Shown here in pieces: positions 30,288 through 39,617 of a stretch of DNA of 64,000 nt (position 1 is the first letter of the stretch; each line of letters starts with the position of its first letter). The position numbers and the translations under genes were made by a program. Source of the DNA: Planctomycetota bacterium (lineage in GTDB: Bacteria > Planctomycetota > JAJSAM01 > JAJVHW01). The notes under the pieces were generated by a model. It did not search any database, was not told the origin of the DNA, and worked only from the letters and a program-made list of their open reading frames with translations. The stretch covers positions 1,248,001-1,312,000 of the forward strand of contig CBDFJG010000003.1 in NCBI GenBank assembly GCA_965248445.1. The letters are read 5' to 3'.

Positions 30288-31040
30288 ATGAAGTCACTCT
30301 TGGTAACTGCAGGCGCGCTTCTGGCGTGCATCGCGCTCGTCGCCGGCGGCACGGCCGCCCAGGCGGGCGGGAAGAAGACCGACGCCGAGAAGCTGGCGGA
30401 GTTGAAGGAGAAGGTCAAAGCCAAGTACGTGGAGGACAAGGGCGGTGCCCTGTTCAACGACTGGGTCTATTGGGTGGACATCGCAGGCACGAAGGAGACA
30501 CGCTGGACGAACAACAAGTTCAAGGATGTGAAGCCCGAGGCTGTGCAGAAGCTCGTCTTCGCGTCCTCCTGGGCGCCGTCCATCGACGCTACGCCGGGGC
30601 AGTCGATCCAGCTCGTAGTCGAGACGTTCCGTCACAAGCAACAGCTAGCGAACGGGAAGTACCAGCCGAACGGCATCGTCTACAACAACACGGGCGAGAA
30701 CGTCCCCGCGTCCAACGTGAAGGGCCTCTGCGACGGACAGCGAAAGGACTGGGTCGCCGCTGCGAAGGACGTCGACAAGAAGCTCAACAAGGAAGTGAAG
30801 AAAACGAAGAGTGCCGGGCCCGCGGGCGTCCTGGCAACCGCAACCGCTACCGATTCCAAGAGCGATCAGCGGATGCGAAAAGAGTGGCTCGGCTGGATTC
30901 ACGGCAAGCGGGGCGAGAGCTACGTGGTGAGCGTCACATACGGTGCAGATCTCATCGGTGACGCGAAGCGACTGAAGAGCGCGCAAGGCCGTGTCTACAA
31001 GCTGCTCAAGAATGTCAAGATCATCGACGAGATGAAGTAG
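30288..31040 (+). CDS. Hypothetical secreted Lys-rich protein
   Basis: RBS GAGGAGG; signal peptide ending AAQA. Confidence 0.8.
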   Translation: MKSLLVTAGALLACIALVAGGTAAQAGGKKTDAEKLAELKEKVKAKYVEDKGGALFNDWVYWVDIAGTKETRWTNNKFKDVKPEAVQKLVFASSWAPSIDATPGQSIQLVVETFRHKQQLANGKYQPNGIVYNNTGENVPASNVKGLCDGQRKDWVAAAKDVDKKLNKEVKKTKSAGPAGVLATATATDSKSDQRMRKEWLGWIHGKRGESYVVSVTYGADLIGDAKRLKSAQGRVYKLLKNVKIIDEMK

Positions 31041-31155
31041 CCCCGCTCACGTCCGGGCACCGGCGCGCCGCGCGGCCTTGGTTCCGCGCGGCGCGCTCTC
31101 GTTCCCTCCGGTCCGTAGCGGGCGCCCTTCCGTGGCAGGCGGGCTGACGGGCGGT

Positions 31156-32097
31156 ATGCTCCGCCGCTTGCTCACGGTCCAGGTCACCGACCTCCACAAG
31201 TCCTACGGCAGCGTCAAGGCACTGCGTGGGCTCTCCGTCGACATCGAGCCGGGTGCGGTCGGCCTGCTGGGGCCCAACGGCGCAGGTAAGTCGACGCTGC
31301 TGAAGGTCCTGCTCGGGCTGCTCGACTCGAACTCCGGCTCGGCGAAGGTGCTCGGCCGTGACGTCGCCACCCAGCCGATGGAGGTCCGCCGGGAAGTCGG
31401 GTACATGCCCGAGGTGGACGCGTACCTGCCCGGGCTCACGGGTGCCGACGCAGTCGTCTTCTGCGGCGTGCTGTGCGGACTCCCCCGCCGCGAGGCGAAG
31501 CGCCGGGCTCACGAGATCCTCTACTACGTGGGTCTCGGCGAGGCGCGGTATCGCAAGGTCGACCAGTACTCGACCGGGATGCGCCAGCGGCTGCGCCTCG
31601 CGCAGGCGCTCGTGCACGATCCGGAGCTGATCTTCCTCGACGAGCCGACCAATGGACTCGATCCCGAGGGACGCGACGAGATCCTGGAACTGATTGACGA
31701 CCTCGCGCAGCAGCACAAGAAGAGCGTCGTGCTCTGCTCGCACCTGTTGCGCGACGTCGAGGCCGTGTGCGACCGCGTCGTGGTCCTGCGCGAGGGGAAG
31801 ATCGCTCTGACAGGATCGATCGACGAGATCCGGCAACTGGCGCCGGGTGTGTTCCGGGTTCGCGTGACCGGAGACGACGCGTCGTTCGAGCACGCTCTCG
31901 AGGTGAACGGCGTCTCGGTGATCGGGCGGGACGGCGAGACGCTGTCGGTCCAGATCCCCCCGGACGGCTCCCCGCGCGCGTTGTTCGCGGCGGCTCACGA
32001 AGTGAACTGCGCGATCCGCGAGTTGACGACACAGGAGGACTCGCTCGAGGGCGTGTTTTTGCGTGCCGTCCAGGAGCCCGGGAGCGACGCGGGTTGA
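31156..32097 (+). CDS. ABC exporter ATP-binding subunit
   Basis: GPNGAGKST, YSTGMRQR, FLDEPTNGLDP, SHLL. Confidence 0.93.
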   Translation: MLRRLLTVQVTDLHKSYGSVKALRGLSVDIEPGAVGLLGPNGAGKSTLLKVLLGLLDSNSGSAKVLGRDVATQPMEVRREVGYMPEVDAYLPGLTGADAVVFCGVLCGLPRREAKRRAHEILYYVGLGEARYRKVDQYSTGMRQRLRLAQALVHDPELIFLDEPTNGLDPEGRDEILELIDDLAQQHKKSVVLCSHLLRDVEAVCDRVVVLREGKIALTGSIDEIRQLAPGVFRVRVTGDDASFEHALEVNGVSVIGRDGETLSVQIPPDGSPRALFAAAHEVNCAIRELTTQEDSLEGVFLRAVQEPGSDAG

Positions 32098-33002
32098 TGC
32101 CTGTCTTCGAACTCGGCTACCGGCGCTACGAGGGCGAGATCTCCCAGCGCTCGCCCGTGCCGGCGATGGCCTGGCAGGGCATCCGTCCGCGGCTGCGCTG
32201 GTGGATCTGGGTGCTTCTGTTCTTCCTGCTCTTCTGGCCCTACGTCGTCTGGGGCGTGCTGATCTTCATCGTGCTGGTGATCGACACCGGGATGCCCACG
32301 TTGGGGAACCTTCCGACGGAGGCGTTCGCCGAATTCGGCGCCCGCCCCGACATGGCGATGGCCTACATCACCTCCGGCAGCCCGTACCTCTTCTGGGAAC
32401 TGATGCACTCGTCGTCGCTGGCGAACACCGTGATCCCGGCCGTCAGTTGCGCCGGAGTCTTGGCCCGCGACCGGTCGAGCGGCGCGATGCAGATCTACTT
32501 CGCACGGCCGGTGACCCGCCTCCAGTACCTCCTCTCCAAAGTCCTCACCGTCTCTGCGTTCAGCGCCCTCGTGACGACGTTGCCGACCCTCCTCATCTGG
32601 GCCGAGTGCTGCATGCTCGGTGACTTCGACTACGTCATGAAGACGTGGACGCTGCCGTTCCGCGTCATGGCTGCCGCGGGACTCTACGCGTTCTGGACGT
32701 CCTCTCTCGTCCTCGCGCTCTCGGCGACCTTCCGGCGGCCAGTGCTGATCGGCATCGTGGGGGTTTTCTCGTTCATCTTCCTCTCCGTGATCGCGCAGAT
32801 CATGTCGTTCAACCTCGGTGACAAGACCTACAGGGTCATCAATCCGGAGTTCGCGCTGGGCGGTGTCACGCCGCCGATCTTCGGCATCGACCTCCCCGAC
32901 TGGCTTGCGACGCCCTGGCTGCCGATCGCCGCAGTCGGCGTGCCCGTGCTGCTGATCTTGTACGTGTGGGTCCGTCTGCGCTCCGCCGAGGTCTCCACGT
33001 GA
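32097..33002 (+). CDS. ABC-2-type permease
   Basis: LARDRSSGAMQIYFARPVTRLQYLLSK; about six TM segments. Confidence 0.88.
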   Translation: MPVFELGYRRYEGEISQRSPVPAMAWQGIRPRLRWWIWVLLFFLLFWPYVVWGVLIFIVLVIDTGMPTLGNLPTEAFAEFGARPDMAMAYITSGSPYLFWELMHSSSLANTVIPAVSCAGVLARDRSSGAMQIYFARPVTRLQYLLSKVLTVSAFSALVTTLPTLLIWAECCMLGDFDYVMKTWTLPFRVMAAAGLYAFWTSSLVLALSATFRRPVLIGIVGVFSFIFLSVIAQIMSFNLGDKTYRVINPEFALGGVTPPIFGIDLPDWLATPWLPIAAVGVPVLLILYVWVRLRSAEVST

Positions 33003-33967
33003 GCGACAGCGTCATTCATGCGAAGGACGTCTCGCGCTCGTTCGGAGCCGTCGTCGCGCTCAACTCGGTCACCTTCGACGTGCAGCAGGGCGTGACCGGG
33101 CTCCTCGGTCCGAACGGCGCCGGCAAGTCGACGCTCCTGCGCGTCCTGACGGGTGAACTGCGGCCGGGCCTCGGGGTCGCGCGCGTGTGCGGCCTGCAGC
33201 CCTTCGCGAACCCCGAGTTGTACCGGCACATCGGGATCTGCCCCGAGCAGGACGCCCTGATCGACGATCTCACGGGGCGGGAGTTCATCGCGCTCTTCTT
33301 GAAGCTCCGCGGCCATGAGCCCGAGGACGCGGAACGTCGCGCCGTCGAGTGGATGGAACGCATGGGCCTCGAGGACGCCATGAACCGCCGCATCCGCGGC
33401 TACTCGAAGGGCATGCGGCAGCGCACGAAGCTCGGATTCGCTTTCGCGCACGACCCGAGCGTGCTGTTCCTCGACGAGCCGCTGACGGGACTCGATCCGC
33501 TGTGGCGGCATCGCATCCAGAACGTCGTTCGGGACGCGGCCGACCGGGGAGCGACCGTGCTGTTCAGCTCGCACGTCCTGCACGAGGTCGAGCAGGTCAC
33601 GCGCGACGTCGTGCTGCTGCACCGCGGCCGCGTCGCCGCCGAGGGCAACGCTCGCGAGATCCGCGAGATGATCGACCGCTTCCCCCACCGCGTGCACATC
33701 GACGCCGACGCACCACGGAAGCTGGCTACCCATCTCGTCGCCTGGGACTGCGTGGAGAGCGTCCTCGTACGTTCGGACGGAGTGGACGTGACCACGCCCC
33801 GGGCCGACGTGTTCTACACGGCACTGACCGAGGCGTGTTCGGGGCAGGACCTCGGCGTCAACGGCATGAGCAGCCCGGACGACTCGCTGAAGGCGCTCTT
33901 CGACACGCTGGTCGCCGCACGTCCGAGCCGCGGGCTCGGGAACCGGCGGGGAGGCTCGGCGGCGTGA
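32999..33967 (+). CDS. ABC exporter ATP-binding subunit 2
   Basis: GPNGAGKST, YSKGMRQR, FLDEPLTGLDP, SSHVL. Confidence 0.93.
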   Translation: MSDSVIHAKDVSRSFGAVVALNSVTFDVQQGVTGLLGPNGAGKSTLLRVLTGELRPGLGVARVCGLQPFANPELYRHIGICPEQDALIDDLTGREFIALFLKLRGHEPEDAERRAVEWMERMGLEDAMNRRIRGYSKGMRQRTKLGFAFAHDPSVLFLDEPLTGLDPLWRHRIQNVVRDAADRGATVLFSSHVLHEVEQVTRDVVLLHRGRVAAEGNAREIREMIDRFPHRVHIDADAPRKLATHLVAWDCVESVLVRSDGVDVTTPRADVFYTALTEACSGQDLGVNGMSSPDDSLKALFDTLVAARPSRGLGNRRGGSAA

Positions 33968-34776
33968 CGGACGGCATCGCACCGCCGCGCATGCGGACGG
34001 ACGCCGTGGAGACGGTGTTCCACGTGGCCGTGATCTCGCTGCGGCGGGCGCTGCGCGGAAAGCGCATCTTGTGGGTGCTCTTGATGGTCCTGCTTCCGGC
34101 CGCGCTCTCCCTGCTGATCGCGCACGTGGCGGATGGCGGCGACCAAGAGGACTACTTCTACAGCGCACTCGTGCTCTACCACTTCGGCATCGCCGTGCCG
34201 GCCACAGCGCTGATCCTCGCCACGGCCTTCCCGTGGCCGGAGTGCGACGAGGGCACGCTCACCTACTGGTTCACCGCGCCGGTCTCGCGCTGGGCAGTGC
34301 ATCTCGGCCGGCTGATCGCCGCGTATGTGCTGGGGTCCGTCACGCGGCCACTGTGCGTCCTTGCGATCGGGCTCCCGCTCGATCCGGAGCACGCACACGG
34401 CGAGTCGATCCGTGCCGCAGTCACCGCAACGCTGCTCGCGTACCCCGCGTACGTCGCCGTGTTCTCGGTGCTGACGACGATCACGCGCCGGGGGCTCGTG
34501 ATCGGCGTCGTGGGGATACTGATCGAGAACTCGCTCAGCTTCTTCCAGGGCACGATCCAGCAACTCACCGTCGTGCACTACGTTCGCGTACTGCTCTGGC
34601 CGTCGTCCTCGCGTCGCGGCCGCCGGGTCCTGGATGAGGCCTTCGGGATATCCGAGGCCAGCCCCACGTGGGAGGCGATCGTCGTGATGGCGTCGGTCAC
34701 CGTCGTCGGACTGCTGGCAACGTTGCTGCTCGTGAGCGTCACCGAGTTCCGCGGACGCCACGGACAGGCGGAGTAG
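33964..34776 (+). CDS. ABC-2-type permease 2
   Basis: ECDEGTLTYWFTAPVSRWAVHLGR; about six TM segments. Confidence 0.85.
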   Translation: MTDGIAPPRMRTDAVETVFHVAVISLRRALRGKRILWVLLMVLLPAALSLLIAHVADGGDQEDYFYSALVLYHFGIAVPATALILATAFPWPECDEGTLTYWFTAPVSRWAVHLGRLIAAYVLGSVTRPLCVLAIGLPLDPEHAHGESIRAAVTATLLAYPAYVAVFSVLTTITRRGLVIGVVGILIENSLSFFQGTIQQLTVVHYVRVLLWPSSSRRGRRVLDEAFGISEASPTWEAIVVMASVTVVGLLATLLLVSVTEFRGRHGQAE

Positions 34777-34780
34777 ACGC

Positions 34781-35296
34781 ATGGCCGCCGAGAAGACAGT
34801 GGCGAGCAGCGAGAAGAAGCGCGCGATCGCCGTACTCGGGATCGTCGCGGCGTTCGTCCTCTCGTGCTGCACTGGCGGGTGGTTCTTCCTCGTCCGGCCC
34901 ATGTCACGCTTCGCCGACGCGAACGCAGCGTTCGGACGCGCGCTGCACGAGGAGGTCGACGGCGCGGTGTGGACGTTCGTACCGCAGCCGAAGGACCGCA
35001 CCTGGCTACTCGTGATCGGCGTGCCGGAGGAGCCGGCGGACGACGACGTGGGCGGCATCGCCGAGACGGCATGGCGGCTGCACGCGCGGGAACGCGCCGC
35101 CGGGAGCATCGTGATCGGCGGCGTCGCAGTCGGACGGGCAAATCGCAACGTCGCCGACGATGAGACGCACCACGGCACGTCGTCCGCGTGGCAGGAGAAC
35201 GTGATCTCCGTCGCCGACCTCATCGAGGCCACGGGGGTCCCCGCGCCTCCACCCGACGCGGCGCTCGAGCTCATCGGCGGCGCCACCGACGACTGA
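34781..35296 (+). CDS. Hypothetical single-pass membrane protein
   Basis: One hydrophobic segment with CC; operonic spacing. Confidence 0.65.
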   Translation: MAAEKTVASSEKKRAIAVLGIVAAFVLSCCTGGWFFLVRPMSRFADANAAFGRALHEEVDGAVWTFVPQPKDRTWLLVIGVPEEPADDDVGGIAETAWRLHARERAAGSIVIGGVAVGRANRNVADDETHHGTSSAWQENVISVADLIEATGVPAPPPDAALELIGGATDD

Positions 35297-35313
35297 CAGG
35301 TAGTCTCCGAGAC

Positions 35314-36831
35314 ATGGACGAGCTGCGCCTCGCGCCGCCCCCGCCCGATCCACCGCTGCCCCCCTCGGTCGCCGCGACCCTGTCGGAGAAGCCTCCGCGG
35401 GCGCCGCTGCGGCTGCGCCGCGAGCCGATTCAGCTGCGCATCTCACGGAGCGTGGCGTCGTCGATCGCCGTCCACCTCGCGCTCCTCATCCTCCTGACCG
35501 GCTACCTGTTCACGCTCCCGGCGGATGACGGCCAGGAGCCACTGCGCGTCTCGTACTCGTGGCCCTCGCCGGCGCTGGACGTGAACGCCGAAGCGAACGC
35601 CGGTCGCGGAGAGAGCGAGGAGAGCGGCGAGGACGAGATCGGCGACGCGCGGGACGCGCCCGCGTCACTCGATCCGTTCGGGGGATCTCGGGACGGAGAT
35701 CCAGGCGACGCCTCGGACCGCGAGCGGCTGGCGGACTCGCTCGGTGCCGGCGGTGCGCCGGCAGGCGCGCTCCTCGCAGCGCGCACGGGAGGCCGGGAGC
35801 GTCTGCTCCGTGAAGGTGGCGGCGACGCAGAGACCGAGGGCGCACTGAAACTCGCGCTCGAGTGGCTGGCGCGGCACCAGGCCGACGACGGCACGTGGCA
35901 GCCCGAGGAGTTCGCCTCCCGCTGTCGCGACGGTGAGCACTGCACGCACGCGGGCGAAGAGGGTCATACCGTCGGCGTCACCGCGCTGGCCCTGCTGCCG
36001 TTCCTCGGCGCCGGGCACACCCATCGCAAGGGCCCGTGGAAAGACACGGTACGAAGCGGCATCCAGGCTCTGCTCGACGCGCAGCGCACGAACGGGTCGT
36101 TCGGCACGGGCGAGCCCGGGGTGTACGAGGACGCGTTGGCGCTCCTCGCGCTCTCCGAAGCGTACGGACTGACCGGCTCTGCGCGCCTGCGCCCTCCCGT
36201 CGAACGCGCCGTCGCGCGCTTCGGCCGAACACAGGCCGAGGGTGGCGGCTGGCGATACCGCGCGCGAGCGCGCACGGCGGACACCTCGATCACCGGATGG
36301 GTCGCGGTGGCGCTGCGCGCCGCACGTCGCTCCGGTGTCGAGGTGCCCGACGTACTGTTCGCCCGCAGCCGCGACGTGCTGACCCGCCGCACCGACAAGC
36401 GGGGGAAGGTCGGCTACCTCGGCCGCGGCAACGGACCGGTGAGCCTGCTGGGCGTCGGCCTGTTCGTGCGGGCAGCGCTCGGGGAGGACGCCCGCGGACC
36501 GGGGTTGGCACCGGTGCGCGACCGGTTGCTGCGCCACCTCCCGCGGTGGGACGAGACACCGCTGACGGGCTTCCACCAGGGCGATCCCATGCACTGGACC
36601 TACGGCGCGTTGGCCGCCCACCACGCCGGCGGCGACCTCTGGGACGCGTGGCACGCGCGGCTCCGCCCGCTGCTCCTCGAGAACCAGCGGCGGGACGGCT
36701 GCGCGGCGGGCAGCTGGCGGCCCTCCGGCTCTACCGGCGCCGCCGGTGGGCGGGTCGCGCAGACAGCCCTCCTGGCGCTCTGCCTGGAGGTCTACTACCG
36801 CTACCCGCGAGCGCTCCTCGGACGCGAGTAG
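35314..36831 (+). CDS. Membrane-anchored prenyltransferase/squalene-cyclase-repeat protein
   Basis: SIAVHLALL TM, acidic linker, ALEWLARHQADDGTW, QAEGGGWRY, AGSW, LEVYYRY. Confidence 0.85.
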   Translation: MDELRLAPPPPDPPLPPSVAATLSEKPPRAPLRLRREPIQLRISRSVASSIAVHLALLILLTGYLFTLPADDGQEPLRVSYSWPSPALDVNAEANAGRGESEESGEDEIGDARDAPASLDPFGGSRDGDPGDASDRERLADSLGAGGAPAGALLAARTGGRERLLREGGGDAETEGALKLALEWLARHQADDGTWQPEEFASRCRDGEHCTHAGEEGHTVGVTALALLPFLGAGHTHRKGPWKDTVRSGIQALLDAQRTNGSFGTGEPGVYEDALALLALSEAYGLTGSARLRPPVERAVARFGRTQAEGGGWRYRARARTADTSITGWVAVALRAARRSGVEVPDVLFARSRDVLTRRTDKRGKVGYLGRGNGPVSLLGVGLFVRAALGEDARGPGLAPVRDRLLRHLPRWDETPLTGFHQGDPMHWTYGALAAHHAGGDLWDAWHARLRPLLLENQRRDGCAAGSWRPSGSTGAAGGRVAQTALLALCLEVYYRYPRALLGRE

Positions 36832-36911
36832 CCGCGCGCGGACTGGCTACGACCGTTCTCACTCGCGCCTGCCCCGGCGTCTCGCCGCCTCGGATCCGGC
36901 GACGCGGGAAT

Positions 36912-36926
36912 TGGCGCGACAGTTGC
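36912..36926 (+). promoter_or_regulatory. Sigma54 (-24/-12) promoter
   Basis: TGGCGCGACAGTTGC, GG-N10-GC, 32 nt before the ATG. Confidence 0.65.
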
Positions 36927-36957
36927 GCTCTTCTCGCGTCCGAAGAGGAAGAGACCC

Positions 36958-37110
36958 ATGAGCACCATCGTTCGCAGCTGGATCAAGGCCCTGTGCGGCG
37001 AGTGTGGTGACCGTCAGATCTTCGAGCTGCAGCCCGGCTGGGTGCTGATCTGCTCGTGCTGTGGGCACGAGAAGCGGCTCGAAGAAAACGGTCTCCTCGC
37101 CGTAGCGTAG
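36958..37110 (+). CDS. 50-aa zinc-ribbon microprotein
   Basis: MSTIVRSWIKALCGECGDRQIFELQPGWVLICSCCGHEKRLEENGLLAVA; RBS GAGGAAGAG; CxxC-x15-CxxC. Confidence 0.8.
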   Translation: MSTIVRSWIKALCGECGDRQIFELQPGWVLICSCCGHEKRLEENGLLAVA

Positions 37111-37128
37111 AGAGCGCCTGACCGTCGA

Positions 37129-37175
37129 TCCGCCCGTCCTCGGGCGGAGTCGATCGCGTCCCCCGGAGGGGACGC
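37129..37175. terminator. Two GC hairpins between convergent genes
   Basis: TCCGCCCG-TCCT-CGGGCGGA and GCGTCCCC-CGGA-GGGGACGC. Confidence 0.5.
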
Positions 37176-37184
37176 CGCTCCCGC

Positions 37185-38564
37185 TCAGTACTCGGTGAGC
37201 ACCCAGGCCTTCCAGTCCTTCTCGAGCTCTTCCACCAGCTCGTAGCCGAGGACGTTCCACGGCTCGTCCCTCTGCGCCCCGCGTGCACTGAGACCCGCAA
37301 ACAGCTCCGCGAACTTCTCGCGATCCTTCTGCAGGATGAACTCGAGCAGCGCGAGCGCGGCGCCCTCCTCGGCGGTCGAGAACTCGCCGAGCTGCATTCC
37401 GAGGAACTTGCGGAGTGACGGGAACTCGTCGTCGTTGAGCGCCTCGATCAGCTTCTCCTTGCGGTAGTTCACCTCTTTGGTGACGTCCTTGTGCTTCTTC
37501 TTCTTCTTGCGCCCCTGGTCGGACGTGTCGCGCGCGCCGCCCTTGGGTGCCTTGGTGCCGATGCACGACGCCATGTTCTCGCCCATGACCTCGTACTCGA
37601 CCCACTGACCGAGTCCCTCCGGCAGCCAGGCGGGTGGCATCTTGCCCCACAGCTTCCACGCGGCCAGGTGCCCCACCATGTGGACCTGCGAGAACCAGAG
37701 CGCCTCCTCGCCCTGGAACGGGAAACGAATCTGGGTCGGGGGATTCACGCGCCAGCAACCGCCGGCCGACTCGTGCTTCGCGATCGAGAGCCACGACTTG
37801 CTCGCGCCCCACTTCTTCCCGTACTCGTCAACCACACGCACGTAGTCGTCCCGGTCGTGCACCTGGATCGCCGCCGAACGCCCGCTCCAGAGCTGCTCGC
37901 GCTGCAACAGCTCGGCGAGCACGCTGTAGGCCTCGTCGAGCTGACCGATGCGTTCCGGCAGATCCACGTCGTCAAGGGCGCACACGATGACGAAGTGCTC
38001 GCCCTCCTCGACCTCCACTGCCATCCCGATGGTCTCGCCCCACTCCTTGGCGAGCCTCCGGCGGGATGCCTCGGCCTCGCGCCGGGCCAACTCCGACTTC
38101 TTGATCCACTCGCCCTCGAACCAGACGTCGCCGTTCGCAGCCCGCGCCTCCTTGTGATGCGGGTCCAGCGTGAGCACCTTCTTGAGGAGCTTGTCCCCCT
38201 CCTTGGTGAGCGACTTGTCGCCTTCGGCGTGCCGGCGCACGAAGCTGCAGAGGTCCCACACGGCGGCGGCATCCCTCTTGCTCTTGGCGACCGCACCCCG
38301 CAGCCGGGTCAGCATCTCGTAGGGCGACTCGCCCTCGGTCATGCTCTCGATGTCGGCCTTCTTGAACTTCTCCGTCGTCTTGATGGTCTTGACGAAGACG
38401 AAGCCGTCCTTCTCGCGGACGGTCTTGCCGTCGATCGTTCGACCGTCCTTGAGCACGTAGACGTCGGCTCAGGCGGGATCAGCCGGGGCCGGAAGCAGGG
38501 CGAAGAGGCTCAGGGCGACGACGGCCAGGAGCGTCCGCCGGGTGCGCTGCGGGGTCGGGAACAT
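37185..38564 (-). pseudogene. Secreted DUF1570/peptidase-MA-like protein with in-frame TGA in the signal peptide
   Basis: MFPTPQRTRRTLLAVVALSLFALLPAPADPA*ADVYVLKDGRTIDG; HMVGH..PPAWLPEGLGQW. Confidence 0.7.
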
Positions 38565-38623
38565 CCAGTATCTCCAGAAAGCTGCGGGTGGCGCGCCGCC
38601 ACACCCCTCACGATAAACGTGCC

Positions 38624-39361
38624 ATGGACGGGTCGAGGTTGCGTTTCGCCGTGTTGTTCTCCGGACTGCTCTTGTGCCTCGCGGCTGCGGGGACGCTGGC
38701 GGCCTGCGAGGGGGACATCGTGCTCTCAGGCCGCGAGCTGGGCATCCACGCCTTCGAGCGGCCCGTCGGCGGGATCGCGTGCGCCGACTGCCACGGCGAG
38801 AGCGAGACGCCGCGGCAGAGCCCCGACTGGGTGCTGCCCGGCCACCCGCTCGCGGGTGTCGCCGAGCGGCCCTCGCTCTGGGGAGGCCGCTTCGAGGCGG
38901 GTGAAGTTGAGTCGGCCGTACTGTTTTGCGTGACGCGGTTCCAGCACCGGGCGCCCGCGGACTACCCCGCGCGCGAAGACGTGGACGAGTTCCGTCTCGT
39001 GCCGCACCGCGGTGACGACCTGAGCGCCCTGTTCGAGTACGTGCGGTCGTTCGCTGGCCCCGCCGACGCCGTTCCGCTGCGCCGAACCGACGACGTGTTC
39101 GCCGCGACGGAACTCGAGGGCGACTACGACCGCGGCGAGGCGGTCTGGGCGCGCTCCTGCGCGGTCTGCCACGGCGACGAGGCCGGAGGCGGACTGGGAC
39201 CTCCGCTCGACGGCGCCGACGTGCCGGATCCGTTCTCGCTGGCCGACTACGTGCGCCAGGGTGCGGACGTCGGCGCTAGGAAGGCGTGGATGCCCTGGTT
39301 CACGACGGACGACCTCTCCACACAGGACCTCGCGGACCTGATCTCACGCTGGACGGAGTAG
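38624..39361 (+). CDS. Di-heme c-type cytochrome lipoprotein
   Basis: LAA-C lipobox, CADCH, CAVCH, distal WMPWF. Confidence 0.85.
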   Translation: MDGSRLRFAVLFSGLLLCLAAAGTLAACEGDIVLSGRELGIHAFERPVGGIACADCHGESETPRQSPDWVLPGHPLAGVAERPSLWGGRFEAGEVESAVLFCVTRFQHRAPADYPAREDVDEFRLVPHRGDDLSALFEYVRSFAGPADAVPLRRTDDVFAATELEGDYDRGEAVWARSCAVCHGDEAGGGLGPPLDGADVPDPFSLADYVRQGADVGARKAWMPWFTTDDLSTQDLADLISRWTE

Positions 39362-39365
39362 CGCG

Positions 39366-39617
39366 ATGGCGATGAAGCTCACACCGGACGAACGCACGTC
39401 GGCGCTGGACTCGATCTCCCGTTTCTTCGAGGAGGTCCTCGACGAGGACATCGGCGAGCTGAAGGCGACGCTGGTCCTGAACTACGTCGTCAAGGAGATC
39501 GGCCCGTCGATTTACAACCACGCGGTCGCGGACGCGAAGCGGTGGTTCCTCGAGAGGATCGACGACGTCGACGGGTCGTGTTTCGAGCCGGAGTTCCCGT
39601 ACTGGCGCGACGACTAG
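39366..39617 (+). CDS. DUF2164-family protein
   Basis: RFFEEVLDEDIGELKATLVLNYVVKEIGPSIYNHAVADA. Confidence 0.8.
   Translation: MAMKLTPDERTSALDSISRFFEEVLDEDIGELKATLVLNYVVKEIGPSIYNHAVADAKRWFLERIDDVDGSCFEPEFPYWRDD

Noticed and set aside
29437..38471. Genome-wide TGA reassignment suggested by two in-frame TGAs
   Set aside because: TGA ends many conserved genes at the expected position (glmU, ychF, tatC, glmM, alr)
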